Source: Mobula hypostoma (taxonomy: Eukaryota). From it: 64,000 nucleotides of DNA. Of the stretch, positions 13,403 through 22,250 are shown piece after piece; within the stretch, counting starts at the first letter, position 1, and every line of letters starts with the position of its first letter. The DNA is taken from positions 172,052,001 to 172,116,000 of the forward strand of contig NC_086097.1 of assembly GCF_963921235.1 (NCBI RefSeq), given 5' to 3'. A model generated the notes under the pieces. That model was not told the origin of the DNA, did not search any database, and worked only from the letters and a program-made list of their open reading frames with translations. The position numbers and the translations under genes were made by a program.

Positions 13403-15532
13403 CTACATGAAGCATCCATCATCAGGGAAGTCCACCATCCAGGACATGTTCTCTTCTCACTGCTGCCATCAGGAAGAAGGTACAGGTGCATCAGTACCTG
13501 TTCCACCACTATGTTCAGGAACAGTTATTGCCCCTCAACATCAGGGCCTTGAACCAAGGGGGATAACTTCACTCAACTTCACTTGCCCCATCATTGAAGT
13601 GTTTCTAAAACCTATGGACTCATTTTCAAGGACTCTTCATCTTATGCTCCTGATATTTATTGCTTATTTATTATTATTATTTATTTCTTTTTATATTTCT
13701 ACAGTTGTCTTTTGCACATTGGTTGAATGCCCAAGTTGATGTAGTCTTTTATTGTTTCTATTATGGTTATTATTCTACTAAGGATTTATTGTGTATGCCT
13801 GCAAGAAAATGAATCTCAGGGTTGGAAATGGTGACAGGTATGTAATTTGATAATAAATTTACTTTGAACTTTAGTCGAAGAAGACTGGTGAATGGAATTC
13901 CTTCTGGTATTCAAAGGGGAACATGCCAGTGAAAGACTACTGGAGGACAACCTCTGTCCAAACCATTGTGGGGTTGGAAGGGACAAGGCAGTGCAGGGTT
14001 GTCTCCAGCTCCTGATTCACTTTCCCAGTCTGAGCATTAGACTGGGGTAGAAACCTGATGAGAGGCTGGCTGTGGCTTTCAGAAGAGAACAGTTAGCCTT
14101 CCAAAAATGGGACACGAACTACGGTCCTCTTTCGGACACTATGTCCTAAGGGAAACCATGTAGTCTGAACACATGCTGAACCATGAGTGGAAACTTATGG
14201 AAGCTTAGGGAGAGAAGCAAAGTGCGCTGCTTCAGAGAACTGGTCCAAAGCTACGAAGGTGTAGTGTTCCCATCTGACAGAAACAGTCCAGTGGTGAAAT
14301 CCATTAAGAAGGAGAACACACAGGTGGTGAGGCATTGGCAGTGGGCAGAGCAGATCAGCAGGGCAGTGACGTGATGTCTTGTTCTGGGCACAAGTGAGAC
14401 AGGCAGAGACAAAATTGTGGACATTTTCTCTTTATAAGTTCCAGTCTGTTGGCCAACCAGATGGGAGAGTGACTCCACTCCAACACTCTAGGGTGCACAG
14501 TGGGAGGGACAAACAGACAATGAGAAGTTTCCTAACCTGGGGTTGGATCCAAATGTTGGGCAGCCTTCACTTCTGTCTCTATTTCCCAAATCCCATTCCC
14601 AGAGCAGCTATGCATGTGCGGGGAAGGGTGAAATCTGGATTGGCGTTGTCCTGGATACTGGCTGGAGAGACCATTGTCCTGGTATTCTTGCTATAAGGAC
14701 ATTAAGTGAGGGTGAAATTAAACTGGGTAAAAAAGAGAGCCCAACGGGCCTGACTAGGAGTTGAGTGTCATGAATGCAAGAGAGGCTTTTGTGATCTATC
14801 CATACCAGAAAGGGGTGCTCTGTTCCCACCAGCCAGTGTCGCCATGCTTCCAGGGCCTCCTTGACAGCCAGAAGTTCTCAGTTCTCAACATCATAGTTCC
14901 ACTCTTCAGGAGTCTTGCAATGGGAAAGAAAAGTACAAGGGTGCCGCTGATTATCTACGGAAAGCTCTGGGAGAGTAGAGCTCCAACACTGACATTCGGT
15001 GCATCAGTCTTGATGATGATGACTTGGGTCTGGATGCTACAGCACTGGGGCAGTAGTGAAGCATCACTTTAGCTCTGAGTGCTTTGTCTGCTTCATTTAT
15101 TCATAGGAATCCTGCGGAGGTCTTCTTGGTGATTGCATTTACGGAAGCCATGATGGAAGTGAAGCTTCTGATGAAGTGGCAGTAGAAGTTTACAAACCCC
15201 ATGAAGTGCCTCACCTGTTTGGCCATACATGGCTTGGGTCACTCTGTAACTGCCTGAATTTTATATGTGTCCATTTGAATGCTGGAAAGGGTGAGGACGT
15301 AGCCCAAGAATTACACCTACTTTTTCTGGAATTCACACTTTTCTAACTTGGCACAGACTGCTCTCGATGAGCCAGCTGGGACCCTCCGGACACACTGGAT
15401 ATGTCCCTAGGAAGAGCAGGAATAGATAAGAGTGTAGTCCAAATGCACAAAAATAAACTGATTCAACTTGTCCCAGGGCCGGAAAAACAGCAGGGGCATT
15501 TACCAGACTAAATAGCATCACGCAGTACTCAT

Positions 15533-15669
15533 AAACGTAAGAGATTCTGTAGAAGCTGCCAATACCAGAGCAACACACACAAAATGTTAGAGAAACTCAA
15601 TGAGTAAGGCAACATCTATGGAAATGAATGAACAATCAACATTTTGTCCCAAGAACCTTCATCAGGACA
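15533..15669 (-). mobile_element. Short Penelope pLTR fragment inside the RT of element B
   Basis: Penelope terminal sequence ending in a decayed hammerhead 'ccttcatcaggac'. Confidence 0.55.
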
Positions 15670-17015
15670 CAAAGTGGCCAGTGGAGATGTTGAATGCCCA
15701 TCCCCTTCACAGATGCGAACCATGTTGTAAACCATAGATCTACTTTGAGTATGGTTGCTCCTTGGAGATGTTCAAGCATAGAGGCAAGCATGTGAAGAGG
15801 GTAGCAAATCTTCACTGTGATGTGCTGAGGGGCTGAAAATCAATGCAGGGATGGAGCATTCCATCCTTCTTGCTCACAAAAAAGAAACCCACCCCTTGTG
15901 GAGAGGTTGATGGACAGACAAATCCTGAGGCTAGTGCCTCCTTGATGCACAGTACTATTCCATGGCCACCACTCCAGGATAAAATGGGGAAAAGAGCTGG
16001 TCACAGAGAGGACTAGTACTGGGTAAGAGGCTAATGGCACAATTATATGGCCAGTGTGGAAGCTGGGAGGTGGCCCTCTTCTTACTGAAGAACTCAAGAA
16101 GGCCAGCATATTCAGCTGGAACAGCAAATAGGTTCCACACAGCAGTTGGCACAGGAGGGGTTACGCTGACAGGAGCTTGAAGTTAACCCAGACATGTAGA
16201 CAAGCTTACCAGTCCTCACTTTTGGAATGCCTTTCGGGACCATTCGATCTGTGGGCTATGTCAAGATTGCCAGCGAAGGCCAAATGCCAGCAGCATTTCA
16301 GGTGAATCAACAAGACAGAAAGAGAGCTGTTTGCTGTGATTAGCCTCTAGCACAAGTTGGAGAGGTACTGTGGAAAGATGGATCCTGCCAGTGTGCAGAG
16401 CCTGACCATCCAGAGCCTTGACCTCTCTCAATTATTGAGTGAAAACTCCCCATCTTTGAGCCTGAGAGATATCCGTAAGGTTCCCGGCTGCCCCTGAGTC
16501 AAAAATGCCTGAAGTTCCTGGGTCCGAGACCCCCCCACAAAAAGAAAGCTGAGAGCATTCCTCTACTGGGGACGATGCTTGCGAGGAGAATCAACCCAGC
16601 AGAATTCCCACTCTTGCTGATGGGTACCCTCTTTTACTAGGCTCTTGGGATATAATGCCTGGAAGTGTCCTGGATTGTCACAGTTGTGGCAGCAATATGT
16701 TCTCCTGCATGAATCTCGTTCCTCTTGAGATAGTGGCAGGCCCCACACCTGTATGGCTTCTCCACGGATTGTGTACTGGGTGACAAGAGAGAGGATGAAG
16801 ACAGACAGTGATCCAAAGAGCAGGGAGCTCGGGACATTCTCTCTCTGTGCCGGTTATCTATTTGAACAGCCAGATTTAACAGGTGATCCAAGATGTCACA
16901 TTCACCATTCACAGCAATTTCATGCTGGACCCCTGACCCCTGTGTTTATCCCATTCTAGAAAGCAGTGACGAGGGATCTCCTATTCCACCGTTTCGCAAG
17001 ATTGCAGAACTTTAC

Positions 17016-17317
17016 ATAGAACACAGAACAGTACAGGCCCTTCGGCCCACAATGTTGTGCCGACCCTTAAACCCTGTCTCCCATATAATCCCCCCACCTT
17101 AAATTCCTCCATATACCTGTCTAGTAGTCTCTTAAACTTCACTAGTGTATCTGCCTCCACCACTGACTCAGGCAGTGCATTCCACGCACCAACCACTCTC
17201 CGAGTAAAAAACCTTCCTCCAAAATCCCCCTTTAACTTCCCACCCCATACCTTAAAGCCATGTCCTCTTGTACTGAGCAGCGGTGCCCTGGGGAAGAGGT
17301 GCTGGCTATCCACTCTA
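17016..17317 (-). mobile_element. Young CR1 3'-end fragment inside gag of element B
   Basis: TRGHGFKV...FFTRRVVGAWNALP...FKRLLDRYM; 'catagaacacagaac' tail; CpG retained. Confidence 0.85.
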
Positions 17318-17732
17318 GGTAGTCACTCACTGTCCCTTTCCCTGGTGCAGGTCTAGGAGTTGGTGGACAGCTTCCTGACCCCGTACTGGAAGATTGAACA
17401 CTCTCTTGAACTCAACTACAAATTGCTGAAAAGACTGGGCTGCAGGATAACCTTATTCGTGTAGGGCATTGAACAGGCTGAGTGGAGGTCTGCCTAGGAG
17501 ACTCACCATATAAGATAGTTTACGTCCATCATCCCGAACCAACCTGGCTGGGCTTGGAAAGTCAGCTGACACTGGGTAATGAAATTCCTGCAGCCACCAT
17601 GGTCACAGGCGTATCTGCAAGGCAGAGGAATGCTCAGACAACAGGAATTCTGCAGATGCTGGAAATTCAAGCAACACACATCAAAGTTGCTGGTGAACGC
17701 AGCAGGCCAAGCAGCATCTATAGGAAGAGGCG

Positions 17733-17770
17733 CAGTCGACGTTTCAGGCCGAGACGCTTCGTCAGGACTA
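17733..17770 (-). ncRNA. Minimal type I hammerhead ribozyme motif in the Penelope pLTR
   Basis: UAGUC-CUGACGA-AGCGUCUCGGCCU-GAAA-CG-UC-GACUG; stem I AGUC/GACU. Confidence 0.75.
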
Positions 17771-18061
17771 ACTGAAGGAAGAGTGAGTAAGGGATTTGAA
17801 AGCTGGAGGGGGAGGGGGAGATGCAAAATGATAGGAGAAGACAGGAGGGGGAGGGATAGAGCCGAGAGCTGGACAGGTGATAGGCAAAAGGGGATACGAG
17901 AGGATCATGGGACAGGAGGTCCGGGAACCACCCGGGGGGGGGGTGACCCAGAGGATGGGCAAGAGGTATATTCAGAGGGACAGAGGGAGAAAAAGGAGAG
18001 TGAGAGAAAGAATGTGTGCATAAAAATGAGTAACAGATGGGGTACGAGGGGGAGGTGGGGC

Positions 18062-18388
18062 CTAGCGGAAGTTAGAGAAGTCAATGTTCATGCCATCAGG
18101 TTGGAGGCTACCCAGACGGAATATAAGGTGTTGTTCCTCCAACCTGAGTGTGGCTTCATCTTTACAGTAGAGGAGGCCGTGGATAGACATGTCAGAATGG
18201 GAATGGGATGTGGAATTAAAATGTGTGGCCACTGGGAGATCCTGCTTTCTCTGGCGGACAGAGCGTAGATGTTCAGCAAAGCGGTCTCCCAGTCTGCGTC
18301 GGGTCTCACCAATATATAAAAGGCCACATCGGGAGCACCGGACGCAGTATATCACCCCAGTCGACTCACAGGTGAAGTGATGCCTCAC
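18062..18388 (-). pseudogene. Penelope GIY-YIG endonuclease domain (C-terminal part of the PLE ORF)
   Basis: FTCESTGVIYCVRCSRCGLLYIGETRRRLGDRFAEH...VATHFN...LEEQHLIFRLGSLQPDGMN. Confidence 0.9.
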
Positions 18389-18732
18389 CTGGAAGGACTG
18401 TTTGGGGCCCTGAATGGTGGTAAGGGAGGAAGTGTAAGGGCATGTGTAGCACTTGTTCCGCTTACACGGATAAGTGCCAGGAGGGAGATCAGTGGGGAGG
18501 GATGGGGGGGACGAATGGACAAGGGAGTTGTGTAGGAGCGATCCCTGTGGAATGCAGAGAGAGCGGGGGAGGGAAAGATGTGCTTAGTGGTGGGATCCCG
18601 TTGGAGGTGGCGGAAGTTACGGAGAATGTGGTCGAAAAGTTGAAGAGTCCTCCCCCTCCTGTCTTCTCCGATCATTTTGGATCTCCCCCTCCCCCTCCTA
18701 CTTTCAAATCTCTTACTCACTCTTCCTTCCGT

Positions 18733-18770
18733 TAGTCCTGACGAAGGGTCTCGGCCTGAAATGTCGACTG
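18733..18770 (+). ncRNA. Minimal hammerhead motif in the inverted pLTR copy
   Basis: TAGTC-CTGACGA-AGGGTCTCGGCCT-GAAA-TG-TC-GACTG. Confidence 0.7.
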
Positions 18771-19059
18771 CGCCTCTTCCTATAGATGCTGCTTGGCCTG
18801 CTGCGTTCACCAGCAACTTTGATGTATGTTGTTAGAGGAATGCTCAGTCCAGTTCTAGAAGCATCCAAGGATTTCGGGGTATTAATGGCTGAGGCTGATG
18901 AGACCATTATTGAGCAGGAAGATGCCGATGCTGGATGTGGGACTCTCCGAGCAGAAGAATAGTGGCAGCAAGAGCAGTAAGAGCTGCCACCTCATTCTGT
19001 CTGTCTGTCTGTGGTGAACTGCTCAGCAGCGACAGTGACAGCAGTGATGGCTGCCGATC

Positions 19060-19360
19060 TAAGAGTAGTTGTCACACTGCGTGAGCCACTTCTGCTAGCC
19101 CAGCTTTCTCTGTCTTTAACTTCTCCACCTGACCAACAAAATTCTGTTTGGATTGGGCTTGCTACTCTAAAAGTAGTTGTCGCATTGTGTGAGCCACTTC
19201 TACCATCTCAGCATCCATTGACTTGAACTTCTCCACCTGTCCAATGAAATTTGGTTTGGGCTGGGCTTGCCACTCCGAGAATTGTTGTCACACTGCATGA
19301 GCTACTTCTGCCATCCCTACACTGACTTTCACTTCTCACTCACCTAACCAATGAAATTCA
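19060..19360 (-). repeat. 108-bp (36-codon) tandem repeat, about 3 copies, in the gag N-terminus of element B
   Basis: The anchor 'gtagttgtc/attgttgtc' recurs at 19065, 19173 and 19281. Confidence 0.85.
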
Positions 19361-19415
19361 GGGTCAATTTCAGCTGTTCTCTCACTATGGGTCCATTTCA
19401 ATAGTCAAGACTTGC

Positions 19416-19861
19416 TGACAGGATTTCGGAGATGACCTAACTGTAAAGGGAGAGACGCAGACACGGAATGAGCAGTTCACTCGGTTTTAATTAAAACTGT
19501 ACAAATCAAAGGAAAATATAAATGTTAGGCCAACAGGGCCACCAACTAAAAACTCTCAAACTAACTAAAATCTCACGATGTCACCACTGCTTGACAGCCG
19601 TAACTTCAAATTAAATTTACACCACTCCTCTTACATCGTCTGTCTGCATCATGAGTCTTAGAACAGGAGCAAAGGTAAGCAGGGAGCATTGTTGTTGTTG
19701 TGCTTTGACAAGACTGAAATGAAAGAATGGAAGTTAAATACAATTACAAAGAAACCCTAGTTAGCTGGAATGTGCCTTCTCACGTGTGTGATTGTTGTCT
19801 TCCTCCAGCTGCCCACCTGCGAGGGCACCCAGACTCCATGGCAGAGTCCAAGTTTGTGACA
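19416..19861 (-). repeat. 5' LTR of element B
   Basis: TG...CA; homologous to 4721-5174; PBS-like GCAAGTCTTGAC follows on the minus strand. Confidence 0.85.
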
Positions 19862-20207
19862 GAATCTGATAGGATAGGTTTCATGCGCTAATGCATTAAG
19901 ACATTTCATCTCATTCTATCAATGATATTCCTTTTACTCTATGCACCTCTCCCATACCACAAACTAACTTGTATCTCTCTCTGTCTCAGTTCTGATGAAG
20001 GATCTCAACATTGCCTACTTCTCTCTCTGCAGATATTGACTGACCTGAGGTGTGTTTCCAGCAGTTTCTGTTTCTATTATTGATTTGTGGGAAATAGGTT
20101 TAGCGGTTCATGTGGAAGTGAGGTTTTAAAGAAGGAAGGGTGGGGTTGCTGAAAGTAGCAGAGTGGAGAATCACATCAGGAAGGGCTGGAGTGGAATATT
20201 CAGACAT

Positions 20208-20420
20208 TGAGACATAACAGACTGCAGATGCTGGAATCTGGAGAAATAAACAAACTACTAGAAAAATCCGGTAGGATCTGTAGATGGAAATGGACAGTTA
20301 ACTTTTCAGGTCAAGACCCTTCATTTGGTCGAGAAGGTCTTAATCTAAGTTATCAGCAGTCCATTTCCCTCCAGAGATTCTGCCTGATTCACTGAGTTCC
20401 TCCAGCAATTTGCTTTTTGC
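20208..20420. mobile_element. Old palindromic Penelope pLTR remnant
   Basis: Degenerate inverted arms centred on decayed hammerhead sequence. Confidence 0.55.
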
Positions 20421-20544
20421 ACTAGAGTCATGGAGTTATACAGAACAGAACAGCCCATTTGCCCCTACATGTCCATGTCGACTTTCTTGGTAATCTACAC
20501 TAATCCTAATTACTCACATTAGGATTGTATCCTTCTATATCGCA

Positions 20545-20765
20545 GAGACACAAGAGACTGCCAAATGCCAAAATCCTGGTCAAGAAACAAGATTTTTAGA
20601 ATAAATCAGCCAGTCAGGCAGCATCTGTGGAGGGAAATGAACAGTCAACATTTCAGGTAAAGACTCTTCATATGGTCCAGGTGGTTTTGACTCACACCGT
20701 AGACTTCATTTTCCTGCACCAATGCTGCCTGGCCAGCTGAGTTCCTCCAGTAGCTTGTGTTTTAC
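20545..20765. mobile_element. Old palindromic Penelope pLTR remnant
   Basis: Same layout as 20208-20420 and 35905-36125. Confidence 0.5.
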
Positions 20766-22250
20766 CCCTATATCTTCCCTCTGTACTGTAAGTGACTACA
20801 CACAGCTTTAACATGAGAAAGGGCTGAAGGCACATGTGCCTCCTCCTCCTCTCACAGAGTGGAATGATCACACTCCTTGCAGTCTGCGCACCCAACAAAA
20901 ATGCAGATGTTCAAACTGCTTGCTCACGGGCTCACAGGCACTGACCTACATGAAGTGCCAGCTCACGAACACTGGCCCAGAGGATGCACAAACTCTAAAT
21001 CTCCTGCAAACTCATCCATCTTCCAGGAAGGTTATTAAGCTGAGGTTCCACTGAGCCTGCTCAGTCCCTGCAACTCGGCCATGTTGTTCCTTCTGTCTCC
21101 AATTCCCAGCATATTTCCAGCTGATTAAGCACCAGTCAGAATATCAACATTGCCTATTTTGGAAGTGAAACGCTGGAACACAAAGGACGGCTTGATCCTG
21201 GCCTCTTAGGAGCACAGAATTTGCAACGTGCATAAAAATATCTTTATGCAAGTGGGCGAGTGAGGGACTTAAAATAGAAACCAACAGCCTGTCAAAACGC
21301 AGTGGCTTCGAACTCATGGCTTGCAAGCATCACACAGGTGTAATTGTCAAAGGACACATGAAACAGAGCAAAATCTCAAATGTTAAATTAATGCTCAAGA
21401 CAAGGACACATGACAATAAACATCAACTGCTAAATAATCACCTGCAGGTCAAATGCACAGCCTTAATGTAATTTAACTGAACATGGTCTTATAATACAGT
21501 GGGCAGTATGCTTCAACATTGATTTAACAGAAGCACAAATACAGCATTCAAAAATAATTATTTCGCAAGTGGGGATAACTTATGTTGGCAGGATTCAAGC
21601 TCAGACAAATCTGACTTCTTGGAAGACTCTTGAGCCATAGCTGTCTATCAAGGTTTTTTTTCTTCATTTAACGCTTGGGGTATCTCTGTGGAGAAATGGG
21701 AGCTATGGTCTTTTCCCAGAGTCAGATTCAGATTTATTATCACCGGCATATGTTGTGAAATTTGTTTTCTTTGTGGCAGCAGTACAAGGTAATCCATATT
21801 TATAGAAAAAAAGCATGAATTACAGTATATAAAATTTAAAGTATATAGGTATGCAAAAATAAAAATTAAAAACTAGTGAGGTAGTGTTCATGGGTTTAAT
21901 GTCTATTCAGAAATTGGGTGGCAGAGGGGAAGAAGCTGTTCTTGAATCATTGAGTGTGCCTTTAAGCTTCTGTACCTTCTTCCTGATTGTCGAATTGAGA
22001 ACAAGACATGCCCTGGGTAATGAGGATACTTAATAATGGATGCCACCTTTTAGAGGCATTGCTCCATTGAAGGTGTCCTAGATACTATAGAGGCCATTGC
22101 CCAAGATGGAGCTGACTAAGGTTACAACCTTCTGCGGCTTATTTCGATCTTGTGCAGTAGCCCTCTCCCCACCATGCCAGACAGTGATGCAGCCAGTTTG
22201 AATGCTCTCCACGGTATATCTGTAATAATTTGCAGGTTTCTGTGGTGACA

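Larger units (their letters stand above)
10140..13872 (+). mobile_element. Rex1/Babar-like LINE interrupted by a CR1 (10591-11822) and a second Rex1 copy (12352-13402)
   Basis: RT motifs (KFADD, LPSGRRY); 'aataaatttactttgaacttt' tail; sits in the integrase of element B. Confidence 0.8.
17638..18833 (-). mobile_element. Penelope-like element, 5'-truncated, with an inverted pseudo-LTR
   Basis: GIY-YIG C-terminus; inverted repeat ~17672-17854 / ~18649-18831; 14-bp TSD AGAGGAATGCTCAG (17624-17637, 18834-18847). Confidence 0.92.
4721..19861 (-). mobile_element. Chromoviral Ty3/Gypsy LTR retrotransposon (element B), degenerate, hosting nested insertions
   Basis: TG...CA LTRs 4721-5174 and 19416-19861; 5-bp TSD GAATC (4716-4720, 19862-19866). 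On the minus strand: gag ~16550-19395, protease/RT/RNase H ~14750-16550, integrase ~13875-14500, integrase C-terminus plus chromodomain ~9590-10135 (HPVFHVSQLKP), PPT ~9577-9590. Confidence 0.88.

Noticed and set aside
17579..18268. 229-aa plus-strand ORF (and the similar 50497-51126)
   Set aside because: Antisense read-through of the purine-rich Penelope pLTR spanning insertion junctions.
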